DNA from: Paramicrosporidium saccamoebae KSL3
Taxonomy: Eukaryota; Fungi; Cryptomycota
Assembly: GCA_002794465.1 (NCBI GenBank)
Contig: MTSL01000219.1
Span: forward strand, 95,322 to 127,321
Reading direction: 5' to 3'
DNA: 32,000 nt
In this document: positions 1 through 10,500 of the stretch, piece by piece
Numbering within the stretch: position 1 is the stretch's first letter
Layout of the letters: each line of letters opens with the position of its first letter
Translations under genes and position numbers: made by a program
Notes under the pieces: model-generated
Seen by the model: the letters and a program-made list of their open reading frames with translations, nothing else
The model's database searches: none
Told to the model about the DNA's origin: nothing

Positions 1-1
1 C

Positions 2-1084
2 CTTATGCTCTCTGTACACGACAATGCGGTGTGGCGACTCCGGGGAGAGGCGCATCCCGAGGAATGGGAGCTCGCCCGGGAAGGCATCGAGTATCTCCTA
101 ATGAATCAACTCTACTCAACAGCATTTGCACCCAAGGAGGATCGAGATCGCGACCAAATTGTGGCAAGGAAGATGTCATTGTATGGTGAATGGATGCAAG
201 CCCGGCATTTGGACATTAAGGGTCCGATCTTGGATGACGAATTGTTGTTGGATGAGGCGATTATAGAATTTAGAAAGATTAACGAATATCTGACGCCACG
301 TGACAAACTCATCTGTCTGTTGAATGGCTCTAAAATTATTCAAAGTTCCCACAATGATATCGGCTGACTTGTAGATCTGGTGGAGAGTTGCAGTCCAGAC
401 GCCAGTGCAGACGAAATCATGCCGATCCAGATTCTGGCAATTTTAAAGTCCAAAGTTTCCCACTTTCACTCCAACTTGCAGTATGTTTCGCGATACCGGG
501 ACCAGAGAAAGCTGGCCAGTGATAGTGCCTATCATTTCACCAGTCTCCTGGCCGTGTCATCGTTTATTGAACGGATGGACCAGCAATCATTGGTGATTTC
601 CGACGAAGAATTCAATGAGCGGATGGAGGAAGCAAACAGACAGAATGTAGAGTCTGCTAGTGAATTTGTAGCCGAGCCTCGTCGATCCGATCCTCTTCCC
701 ACTGACAGGCGGCAGGATCAGGGCATGTCCCAGGACCAGTTCAAGGAAGAGGCTACAAAAGTATATATTAGTGTCAAGGAAAAGGTGAAGCTGGGAGCCT
801 CAAAGTCGATTGACTATCTGGGGAAGCTGATGACTGAGGCAGAGGCCAAGATCAAAGCAGCCATCAGTTCCGGCTCGGCCAGTCCCGCTCAAGAAGAACG
901 TGAGCAGATGATGAGGAATGAAGACGAGTTCCAGCTACAACTTGCCATGGCTTTGTCACTTTCTGAACAAGAGTGTCGTGCCAACAATCTGGACAAGTCG
1001 GCAGAGAAAGGACAGCTCATTGAAATCCAGGATCCGGATCATCAGGAACGCGACAGTAAATCCTCCTCCACGGAGCCGTCCTAA
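2..1084 (+). CDS. VPS9: VPS9-domain Rab5 GEF with C-terminal UIM; 5'-partial; exons <2..344 and 375..1084
   Basis: VPS9-domain motifs TPRDKLICLLN, SADEIMP and SNLQYVSRYR. A 30-nt intron at 345..374 (GTTCCC...GCTGAC TTGTAG) joins the two ORFs in frame (KIIQ-N-LVESC). UIM-like EDEFQLQLAMALSLSE at 920..973. The frame is open to the window edge. Confidence 0.85.
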
Positions 1085-1102
1085 TACCATCTATTATGTT
1101 TA

Positions 1103-1858
1103 TTAATAAAGATTGAGGATGACGGCAGCACGACTCCAATTGACACATTTCCAGAAATTTCTAATGTATGCATCGCGATCCAATCCGTAATCCCGGATCC
1201 ATGCATGCTCCCACATATTCAATGCCAAAATGGGCGCAACCACATCAGCTGTCTGCTCCTCCTGCACAGGCGGCTTTGTCATGCCCAACAACGCACTGAA
1301 GCTGCCACCTTCTTCCCTCTTTGGGTTTGCTTGTACTGGCGCTCGCATATTGACAAACATTGGCGATCCTGCATTGTACGTGTTCATTATGGTCAATCTT
1401 CCGTTTTGTCTCTGGACAAGCCACGTCCAGCCTGACGCTGGTATTGCTCCCGCAGACTCTGAAAACATGGTCTCAAACGACTCCCAGCTGCCAAAGTCGC
1501 GCTCAATGGCCTGCACGAGCGCGGGGAGGGGCGGTCGATGGTGCGAAGTGAGGCCCTGAAGCCAGAAATCCATGTTCCAGGCCTGACTGCTGTAGTGGTG
1601 GAGGAGGGCCTGGCTACTATCGCGGTGTGTGCGCTCCACAAGTTGATAGAGATTGAAGGCGGCCAGGTCAGTGCCCTGCACAGTCTTGTTCACGCGGTGC
1701 AAGTAGCTCCGCTGTAACCCTTGGAGAATGTTAAGGGTATCCCGAGACAATAAGGGACGCAAGCCCTCTTCTGAGGTAAAGGGCAGCGTTGCCAAGACGT
1801 GGATTCTGCGATTCATGCACTTGGAACCATTAATGCACCGCACCAGATTGCGAATCAT
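1103..1858 (-). CDS. Fe/Mn-SOD-fold protein lacking metal ligands, probably a mitochondrial small-subunit ribosomal protein (mS42/Rsm26 or mS43/Mrp1 type)
   Basis: SOD-like segments (IERDFGSWESF, SGWTWLV, LALNMWEHAWIRDYG...FWKCVNW). The HHxKH, NH and D ligand positions are replaced. The N-terminus is basic and presequence-like. Confidence 0.75.
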   Translation of the reverse strand: MIRNLVRCINGSKCMNRRIHVLATLPFTSEEGLRPLLSRDTLNILQGLQRSYLHRVNKTVQGTDLAAFNLYQLVERTHRDSSQALLHHYSSQAWNMDFWLQGLTSHHRPPLPALVQAIERDFGSWESFETMFSESAGAIPASGWTWLVQRQNGRLTIMNTYNAGSPMFVNMRAPVQANPKREEGGSFSALLGMTKPPVQEEQTADVVAPILALNMWEHAWIRDYGLDRDAYIRNFWKCVNWSRAAVILNLY

Positions 1859-1983
1859 TAAAGAAATGATTTAATCGACCCCGAGAGCGACAGAATAAAG
1901 TCATGGCCATTGTGAGGCCAGCGCTAATGCAAACTTTCATCAGCTTCAAGTCGTCAGTACCAAAAGTACATTTGTGAAATGTC

Positions 1984-2178
1984 AACGGCTACGAGGCCAC
2001 AGACAGTAAAGATTTATTTTATAGCGGCTATGAGGCCACAGACAATAAAGATCTATTTGATAGCGACTATGAAGTCACAGACACTAAAGACCTATTGTAT
2101 AGCGGCTATGAGATCACAGATAATAAAGGCCTATTTGATAGCAGCTATGAGATCACAGATAATAAAGATCTATTTGAA
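1984..2178. repeat. Tandem repeat, 5 x 39 bp, overlapping the RPC82 stop codon
   Basis: Consensus AGCGGCTATGAG(G/A)(C/T)CACAGA(C/T)AATAAAGATCTATTTGAT. Five contiguous units read directly, with no spacers. Confidence 0.95.
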
Positions 2179-3582
2179 ATGCTCTAGAACTAGGAATTCA
2201 CTCATGACGCAATTAATGTGGTGGGCTAATCGATTCAAAACTTTTCTCAAAACTTTCAGCTGCTTCCTCTCTCCATCATTCAGCAGTTCAGGATTTGCAA
2301 CGACATCAGAGCGTTCCGACTTTAAAATCAGCAATTCGCTCTTTTTTCGTTCTACAGATGCCCGTTCCAAGAGGTTGATGCAGACTTTCAAAGACATTTC
2401 TGCCATTCGAGTAAAAACTATTGGCGTGGGGATGGTCCATAGAAAGAATGTCCGCGACGGTGCATGGTCCAGTGTCTTGGGGACTTCTTGCAAATGCACT
2501 AATCCGCGTTGTAGCATTTGGTACAGACGCTCCCTAGTGTCCTTGGGAGTCATCATGGCAATCTTGGAAATGGTCTTTTCCTCCAACATTTTGCAATCCT
2601 GTAGGATCCTGAAAATTCGGGTGGAGGGTTCACCGAACCGGGCAGATATGTACGCCTCAATATTCTTAATGCGCATGGTATTTGCCGACGCATTCAGGTC
2701 AATGGAATAGGTGCCTCCCGCTCTCGAGTCAATTTTGTTGAAGAATGCAATTTCCTGCGAAAGACAATCGAGGTATTGGGAGAGTGGTGACTTGTCGCCA
2801 ACTCGGCCAGGATTATCCACAAGTAATGGTGTGCCAGAGGGAAGCTTGGTGCTAACCTGGAAGGAGCTAAAAGTTGCTCCATTTCCAGCACATTTAAGAC
2901 ACGATTGCATAACCAATGCCGCCGCATCATTGATACGGTTCCCAACAAAATCAACCATCGTCTCATGCCAAAGTGCCGTTACAAAAGTCTTTACATTGAT
3001 GCGCACAAAATGCACCACGTCGATTTTGGCTCGTTTGGCATCCTTGACGGGACTCTCAGTGACGCGACGCTTGCCAGGAGAATGACTTGCACCAAAGATG
3101 TTAACATGTCCGGCACTTTCCTCGCCCCAAATGCTGGACTCTGGTGTGGCAGCTTCAAGAAAACCCTCCTCTACCATTGTGTCGAATACATCGAGCCCCT
3201 CATTGAGAAGGTTTTTTGATAGTCGCCCATGTTTTGCAACTTCCAAAAACACTTTGAATCCTTCTGCAGCGAAACGTCGTTCTGCAAGACCGGCAAAGAG
3301 GGGATAGGCCAGTCTCAACATGACACGATCCACATCGATGCAATATATGACGGGTCTCGTGACGGCATCCTCGTCTCCAGTGACACGATAGCGGACCAGT
3401 CCATGGTGGATGAGCACGAAAAGTGCCTCCTTGACAGCACGTGCCGGCAGCTTTGCATTTTGTACTAGCACAGGCAAAGACAGTGCCCCCTTTACAGCCA
3501 AAACTGTGCCCACACACTCAACAACATTGCCAAAACAGTCCCTTAGGATAGACTTGAGGAGGTGCAGTTGGACCCGCGACAT
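2170..3582 (-). CDS. RPC82: RNA polymerase III subunit RPC3/RPC82 (POLR3C), 470 aa, intronless
   Basis: N-terminus LLKSILRDCFGNVVECVG...VKEALFVLIHHGLV and C-terminal LQEVPKTLDHAPSRTFFLW match the RPC62/RPC82 family. Confidence 0.92.
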   Translation of the reverse strand: MSRVQLHLLKSILRDCFGNVVECVGTVLAVKGALSLPVLVQNAKLPARAVKEALFVLIHHGLVRYRVTGDEDAVTRPVIYCIDVDRVMLRLAYPLFAGLAERRFAAEGFKVFLEVAKHGRLSKNLLNEGLDVFDTMVEEGFLEAATPESSIWGEESAGHVNIFGASHSPGKRRVTESPVKDAKRAKIDVVHFVRINVKTFVTALWHETMVDFVGNRINDAAALVMQSCLKCAGNGATFSSFQVSTKLPSGTPLLVDNPGRVGDKSPLSQYLDCLSQEIAFFNKIDSRAGGTYSIDLNASANTMRIKNIEAYISARFGEPSTRIFRILQDCKMLEEKTISKIAMMTPKDTRERLYQMLQRGLVHLQEVPKTLDHAPSRTFFLWTIPTPIVFTRMAEMSLKVCINLLERASVERKKSELLILKSERSDVVANPELLNDGERKQLKVLRKVLNRLAHHINCVMSEFLVLEHFK

Positions 3583-3596
3583 CCACGTCCCCGGCC

Positions 3597-4896
3597 ATGT
3601 CCGTTCCCGAGCTGTCCGCCATTGACCGCAAGCGTCTCGATTTTGATTTTGAAAAGATTTGTTGCGTCACTCTCTCGCCAGTCAACGTGTATTCTTGTTT
3701 GACGTGCGGCAAGTTTCTGCAAGGACGGTCGCAGAACAGTCCGGCGCATCAGCATTGTTTGAGCGAGGGACATTCGTTGTATATCAACTTGGACACCAAA
3801 AAGGTCTTTATGCTGCCCGAGAATGAAGAATTGGATGATCCTCAGCTGGAAGATATTAGGGTATCTGGTGGTGGGTGGCTTATAGTTGTAGTATGCACTG
3901 TATCCAACATTTGCAGACACAAGCGTCTTGGATAGGAATATATTGGAGGGAATAGACTTGCATGGAAGAAAATACACGGCCGGCTTTATCGGCCTGAACA
4001 ATATCAAAGCCAACGATTATGCCAACGTCAGTTTGCATGCCCTCCTGCACATTACCCCCATTAGGGACCTCTTTCTGTCAGTCGACTTTTGCAACTCGCC
4101 CTCAGTCCTGCTCCGGAACCTTAGTAGCGCTGCCCGCCGAATCTGGAATCCGACACCATTCAAAGCATTACTTAGTCCGCATGAATTCATGCAGGCCGTA
4201 AACCTGGCCAGCGATCGACGGTACTCGATAAACAAACAGGCGGATGTGTTGGAATTTATGGCCTGGCTGTTGAATACGGTGGGGAGGGATCTTGCCGCTC
4301 ATCATTCAGTGGGATTGGTGACGGAGAGATTACAAGGACGAATTCAAGTGTCCACCAAACAATTGAGGCCGACAGAGATGACAACCATGCTGGATGCGAC
4401 ATTTCAGAGCAAAACGGTCCCGTTCTATTACCTCAGCCTGGACCTGCCTCCCGTGCCGTTATATCAGTCGAGTTCTGGTGAATTTGCCGTTCCCCAGGTG
4501 CCTCTGGAGCAACTGCTCTCCAAATATGACGGAGGACAGTTAAGTCAGCGGGGAGACTTGCTGCAAGCATTTTCATTAGAGGGATTGCCCGAATATCTGA
4601 TCCTTCATTACAAAAGATTTGTAAAGACCCATCTGATATGGGAAAAGAATCGGACGATTGTCTCTCATCCATTAATAGGATTGCCAGTTTTAGACTCGAA
4701 AAAGGACGCACACCACTACGACATTGTCGCCAACATTTGCCATCGTGGAGAGGCGGAGAAGGGACACTTTTTCATCCAACTGCTACATCCAGCCACGGGC
4801 CATTGGTACGAAATTGACGATTTAATGGTGCGCCAGATGCCGGCCGTCAACATTCCCCTCAGCGAGTCGTACATGCAAATCTGGCGACGTAAATAG
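3597..4896 (+). CDS. SAD1: U4/U6.U5 tri-snRNP-associated pseudo-deubiquitinase Sad1/USP39; exons 3597..3860 and 3892..4896 (422 aa)
   Basis: ZnF-UBP LDFDFEKICCVTLSPVNVYSCLTCGKFLQGR. Cys box GLNNIKANDY has Asp in place of the catalytic Cys, as is typical of the family. A 31-nt intron at 3861..3891 (GTATCT...TTGTAG) restores EDIR-YALYPTF. Confidence 0.93.
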
Positions 4897-4953
4897 AAAT
4901 TAGTTATTTTGGGTTTTTTGATCCGTTAAAAGCCATGTTTATATTAAGGACCC

Positions 4954-5060
4954 TCTGTGGATGTGATACTCTCCCAGTCTGTAAATTTCATGCTCTCCTA
5001 GTTTGTAAATGTTATGCTCTCATGGTCTGTACATGTTATGCTCTCATGATCTGTGGATGC
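4954..5060. repeat. Degenerate 24-bp tandem repeat, about 4.4 copies, between SAD1 and the first SDR
   Basis: Units tctgtggatgtgatactctcccag / tctgtaaatttcatgctctcctag / tttgtaaatgttatgctctcatgg / tctgtacatgttatgctctcatga / tctgtggatg. Confidence 0.85.
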
Positions 5061-5124
5061 CATAATCCATCACTCATAATCCCTGGCCCGTAGGTATACT
5101 CTCACACACCTTTACAAGAGCTAA

Positions 5125-5871
5125 ATGAAAACGGCAATTGTCACGGGAGCGTCTCGTGGGATTGGAGCAGCGGTTTGTCGAAACTTGCGGACCAAAGGCA
5201 TTCGAGTTATTGGGGTGGCGCGTTCCGAGGATGCTTTGCGTAAATTGTGTATGGAAAAGATTGGCAGCGGACCTATGGAGTATGTAGTGGGCGACATTAC
5301 AGACCCAAAGACTGTAGAGACGGCCGTAGCACTTGCTACCAAAGACGGGAATCTCGAAATGCTCATCCTCAATGCGGCCATCCTTACACCAATGTCCAAG
5401 ATTGATGTCACAAAGATTGAAGAATTCCAACGGGCCTATGATGTGAATGTATTTTGCAATCTCGTCTGGATCCAGGCTGCACTCCCAGCGCTGCGTGCAG
5501 CCACCAAGGGAACGATCGTCTATGTGACCTCGGGAGCCTCTGATATTGGCGTGGGTGGGTTAGCTGCATACGGAAGCAGCAAGGCGGCTATGAACTCAGT
5601 GATGCGTGTGCTGGCCGAGGAGGAGCCGGAAGTTATCAGTTTGACAGTGAATCCGGGACCCACCGGGACGAAAATGTGGAACGAGTTCCTTGATCTTGCC
5701 CCGACGACAATGGATGCCGCTCAAATGTCTCAGTATGCAAAGATGGGCAAGGATGACGTAAATAAGCCAGAAGACGTGGCCGAGTCGTTTGTAAGGCTTG
5801 CCCTTTCGGCACCCAAAACGAAATCCGGGTCGATCATAGCCTGGGATGAATCCTGGATTCAATCTCTCTAA
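5125..5871 (+). CDS. Classical short-chain dehydrogenase/reductase, probably NADPH-dependent (YIR035C/IRC24-like), 248 aa
   Basis: TGASRGIG cofactor motif, VARS (Arg after beta2), catalytic Ser in YVTSG, YGSSK. Confidence 0.9.
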   Translation: MKTAIVTGASRGIGAAVCRNLRTKGIRVIGVARSEDALRKLCMEKIGSGPMEYVVGDITDPKTVETAVALATKDGNLEMLILNAAILTPMSKIDVTKIEEFQRAYDVNVFCNLVWIQAALPALRAATKGTIVYVTSGASDIGVGGLAAYGSSKAAMNSVMRVLAEEEPEVISLTVNPGPTGTKMWNEFLDLAPTTMDAAQMSQYAKMGKDDVNKPEDVAESFVRLALSAPKTKSGSIIAWDESWIQSL

Positions 5872-5920
5872 TACAAGAGGGGTCGGGCTGTGAATGTAAA
5901 GGTTATTGTTATTATAAACA

Positions 5921-7494
5921 TTACTGTGTGACGGGCTTGCCTGTAAATATACATTTGAGATTGGAGAGATTTGCCAACTTGAGCACAGTGCCCCTGATTG
6001 CATCAATGAGGGGTTCTAATACATTGATCAATGATCTCGGTTGTGTCGACAATACCACATTCTCTGCAATAATATTAATCTGCAGTCCGGCGGCTTGCAT
6101 TTTGGAATTACTCATCCACAAGAAAAGCTCAAACCAGGGCGTTTCGGTCAACACCAACACCATCAACCTGAGCACCAACTCTATTCCCATCCAATATAAC
6201 ATGCTGCCTAGGAACAGCAGATAGTACACCACCACAGTGGGGAAGAGGAATACTAAGCCGGAGAACAGAATTGTGCCCAGTAGCAGCTGGTCCAGGTCAT
6301 AATCTGCCGAGTCTAGACGTTCTCGGAGTACATTCCATTTCCGACCTCGAAACAGGTGGAAGAGACTTGTAAGGATCCGGACCTGCCAGCTATACAATCG
6401 ACAAGAGAGAAAGTAGAACAGACGAACATGCACTGTAGCCAGTCTGAGCACATCAATCCCCGCTGATAACAGCGATGAGAGGCCAAGGATGCCTATCGGA
6501 GCCATGGCCGTCAACAGGAGACTCACCGTTGTAGTACCATGGAAAGATCCCACCGACCATATGCTAATCAGCCAGAGATACATTTCACCCAGAAACTTGT
6601 CCAAACTGCTGTTTAGTTTCAATCCGGCCGGCCAGCCCATCAACCACACAATGTATGCTTCAAGAAAAAGCGCAGTGTTACGGAAAATAAAATCGGTGAA
6701 GCGAACGGCAATCATTTGAGAGTTGTGGAGAATGTATCCTCCACACAGAATACCCAGCGAAATGTCCAGTACGAGTATCCAGCTAAAGTTGTCCAATGCC
6801 AAACGGGATCTCTGCGATTCATGCTCTTTAAAAAGGATCCGAGCGCAATGGTTCTGTTCATGTCCAATCATCGTGCCAAGTTTGGTCCGTATTCGGTGTA
6901 GTTGCTGTATCAGTACAAACCTTGAATTTTCGTTCAAACGGAATCCAGACAGAATTTGGTGAATTGGTCGGAAGCGACTGGTAGTTTTCCTGTCGATGGG
7001 CATCACAAGCACCTTTTGCAAATACCTTGCCACACACAGCTACCAATTAGACACACAATCGGCAGTTGTACTTGTTTGACTAGACTGTTATCGTCAGCGT
7101 CAACCGTCAGCTGCGCATCTAATCCGTCTGACGAGTCGTAATATACCACTTTCACGTTGGCCAATTTGCATCCATCCACAGTGATATCGTGTTCGTGAGA
7201 AATGTGATTTCTTGCATTATTAAAGAGGATTAATTTGGGAGTTAATCCAGCATTGCGATATTCACGCGTCAATGTCTCGCTCTACCGATGAGTGACACAT
7301 ATCTCACACACCTCTGTAGTGATGCCTGCAATAAAAACACTGACATCTGTCCGCCATCCGTAAAAAAGATTGTTCCTTGAATGCTCCGACTTTTCCTCCC
7401 GTCCCACCTGTCCCACCTGTTCTAGCGGTCTCAAATGTCTTGACTTTTTGGAATGACTTTTCAAACAATTCCTTGGCCAATATACCACCACCAT
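5921..7494 (-). CDS. GPI1: GPI-GlcNAc transferase subunit GPI1/PIG-Q; exons 7494..7312, 7281..7072 and 7039..5921 (503 aa)
   Basis: GWPAGLKLNSSLDKFLG and LFRGRKWNVLRERLDSADYDLDQLLLGTILF motifs; MVVVYWP start. Introns 7311..7282 (30 nt, GTGTGT...CTCAT CGGTAG) and 7071..7040 (32 nt, GTACAA...CTAAT TGGTAG) join three ORFs in frame. Confidence 0.9.
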
Positions 7495-7635
7495 ATGTGG
7501 GATAATAAAATCAATATTGTGGGGTTAATAGTAATAAGACCATTTATCAGAGACCCTGGTCCATATGCCATCACAAATATAACCATATTATAGGCTTCAT
7601 AACTATAAATAGACGCATTAGCAAGGGACTAAGGA

Positions 7636-8343
7636 ATGCAGACGGTTATTGTGACGGGTGCATCCAAAGGCATTGGAGCGGCAATCTGCAAGGTTCTGCG
7701 TAGTCGCGGTGTCCGAGTGATTGGGGTGGCTCGTTCGGCCAAATTGCTGCAAGAGGGAGATGTGGCGGGAGACGTTTCTGATCCAGAGACGGCACGACGT
7801 GTAGTCACACAGGCGGGTGATTCTCTGGTGGGACTAGTTCTCAATGCAGGAGTCATTACACCAGTTAGCAAGGTGATTGACACGGACATTGCGCAGTTCA
7901 AGGCCACTTACGAGGTCAATCTGTTCAGCACCTTGTCGTGGATCCAGGCTGCCTTGCCGGCATTGCGCAAGAACAAAGGAAGACTTCTCTATGTGACCAC
8001 AGAACTAGCAGGAATGGCCGGATTTGCCTGCTACGCCTCCAGCAAGGTGGCAATGAACTCGATGATTGCCACGCTGGCCGAGGAAGAGCGGGACGTTGTA
8101 ATGTTGGCCGTGTCACCGGGTGTGGTTGCTACAGACATGTTTGGAGCAGCCTCTGAACTGGGAAAATCGACCCTGAGCAAGGAGCACCAGGAGTTTTTCA
8201 AGGCAATGAAAAAGTCGGATGAAGTTTCACAGCCCGAGACTGTAGCCGAGGTATTTACCAAATTGATTCTGTCTGCCACCCCCGACAAATCCGGATCTTT
8301 CCTTACCTGGAAGAGTCCCTATATCCAAGGACTCCTCAAGTGA
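7636..8343 (+). CDS. Second SDR, paralog of 5125..5871, 235 aa
   Basis: TGASKGIG, VARS, LNAG, YASSK. Clearly alignable to the first SDR along its length. Confidence 0.88.
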   Translation: MQTVIVTGASKGIGAAICKVLRSRGVRVIGVARSAKLLQEGDVAGDVSDPETARRVVTQAGDSLVGLVLNAGVITPVSKVIDTDIAQFKATYEVNLFSTLSWIQAALPALRKNKGRLLYVTTELAGMAGFACYASSKVAMNSMIATLAEEERDVVMLAVSPGVVATDMFGAASELGKSTLSKEHQEFFKAMKKSDEVSQPETVAEVFTKLILSATPDKSGSFLTWKSPYIQGLLK

Positions 8344-8505
8344 CGAATTTCCAAAAAAATGGCGAATAAATAAGTGCGATAACCAGCTTGTAGTCTTGAT
8401 TGCTCGATTGATTGACTGTATTGTTAGTTTGCGTTTGTAAGTCCACAACTCCAGTAACACTTTGAATCCCAATTCTGATAACTAAGATTCAATGTCTCAC
8501 AGTAC

Positions 8506-10453
8506 TCAACGGTCTTGGAGGTGCGTGTCTAGTACTCGGAATAGAACAAAATCAATTTGATTTTGACGGAACACGGCATGCCAATTGCGCTGGGCATCGG
8601 ACAGACGATCGTTGGTACTCTTCACCTCTACCAGTCGGTATGCACTACGGTCTGGTCGATACAATAGTAGATCAGGAAGGCCTGCGGAACTGTGACCATA
8701 ATCTTCTGCCAAAACCCGAAGGAGGGGTGATAAAGCCGGTCCCAACGCGTGGCAAATATCCAATAAGGCATCCAGGGGATATTCTTCCCACAGGACGCCC
8801 AGGGCCTGACAGCCATAAAAAGGATAATATGAATCAACAAGCAGCTGAGGAGCCGCTCCCTCGCCAATCTGCGTCAGACGCGTCTCAATGGCCGTCTTTC
8901 GCACGCGATAAAAAGCATCGGTGCTGAGGTCGAGGGGGGCAGTCTGATAGGGTGTCTGGAACACATCGGGAGTATCTCCATACAATATGTCCCAGAAACA
9001 GAGGGCAAATAACATGCGATAAACACGCGATTCGCAATGAAAACCACGCCAGCCTTGATCCATAAAATGCTCCAGGACTAAATCTTCTACCGAAACAAGA
9101 ACATGCTGTTTGGAGAGATACAATAGCTTACGACCCGTAGTGCGAGTCGTTTCAGGGTCCGCATAAAGGGTCACCGTTTCGGGTGGTTCGTCCAGATCAA
9201 AGGACGTATGAGTAAGCTTACAAAGTCTTCGTTGTAGGGCGATGCGACTACCGGTGCGCACGTGAATGTCTTCCAAGGCCTCTTGACACTTTTTCAATGC
9301 CTCAGTCTTGCCGCCAACATGAGTTGCCAAATTGAGCACAAGTCGCTCCCACCATTTGCCACGATAACCCAGACAATAGACATCCTGACCAAGCAAAATC
9401 TCCAGGATGCGGTTGGCTTCCTTATGGTTTTTGGCCTTTTCCAGGAAACCTACCAACGACGTCAGCATTCGTGTATACACCCAACCCGCAGTATATCGTC
9501 GTAGAAAGTACGAATGCACCGTCTGTCCCGCTGCGTAGCTACTCTTCCAGTTCTCCAATACAGCTGCCAGTAGATCGGGCAGCAGATCGTCTGTCTCATC
9601 GCCTGCCAACATTTCGCTGACCGTCTTTTCGTATCGGATGGCCTCGTCATATGCAATCCAATCCGAACGACTGGAGAACACGGGCCCACTCTTTACCAGA
9701 ACATAGGGCGGATATCTCTTTCTATTGAGGTCCGTCATAATGGCTGTGCTAAGATTGTTCTCTTCCTGTGCGGTCGAATCCAGAAAGAATAGTCCAAAGA
9801 TCCGTCGTAACGATTCAATGGCCATCGGTGGGATGCGCACCACCGGGCCTGCAAGACCTCGACCCAGCTCCATAATGCGTTCCGTCGCTTCATCGGCAAT
9901 GGATTTCCTCGTCGGTCCAAAATTCAGTCGCTTTTGCTTTGATCGTCGGGTGGCCAGGATCTCGTGCCGTATCCGTTCTCTGTTCAATGCCGAGCCCAAT
10001 TGTAATCTCAAGCTTTTGGCCAGACTCCTAAGTTCCTCCAATTGCAGAATATCCAGCATTTCTTCCGGTTCGGTGGGCTCCACTGCATTAATTAGAAAAA
10101 TAGTGGATCTGCTTACGTTCGACCAAATTGGCCTCGGCTAGCACAGAGACGGCAGTGGGACAATTGCCAATGTCCTTGTACTCTAATCTATCCACTCGGA
10201 ACCATCCAATCTTTCGCAAATATAGCCTAAAGAACATGCGTTGTGCATCTCCCTCTAGTCTTTGTATCCTTGCTACCAATCCAAGTTCCTCCTCGAGCAG
10301 AATATTGCCGTATGCATCCTCCACTGCTGTCAATATGGCCAGCAGGCTTTTCTGATAATATGACAATGACGGTTCATATTGTGTGAGTTCACGAGACTCG
10401 TAGAATTCATGAGACTCGATGTGGGATTCACTCTTTTCATGGGGTGTATTCAT
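8506..10453 (-). CDS. FAN1: Fanconi-associated nuclease 1 (VRR-NUC); exons 10453..10117 and 10082..8506 (637 aa)
   Basis: RLYLRKIGWFR, YRGKWWERL, GWRGFHCES, APLDL, and an intact PD-(D/E)xK core GLPDLLL...VEVKSTNDRLSDAQ. A 34-nt intron at 10116..10083 (GTAAGC...CTAAT TAATGCAG). Start set at the first in-frame ATG. Confidence 0.92.
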
Positions 10454-10500
10454 GCTTGCAACCCGCCTATATATACGCAATTATATCCATAAATATACTA

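Noticed and set aside
1984-2178. 39-bp repeats as a CRISPR array
   Set aside because: Units are contiguous with no unique spacers, no cas genes are present, and the context is eukaryotic.
1979-2710. 243-aa plus-strand ORF
   Set aside because: Made of the tandem repeat plus the antisense of RPC82; no family features.
3928-4896. Sad1 as an active deubiquitinase because a His remains in the His box (KGHF)
   Set aside because: The catalytic Cys is replaced by Asp, as in the whole USP39/Sad1 family.
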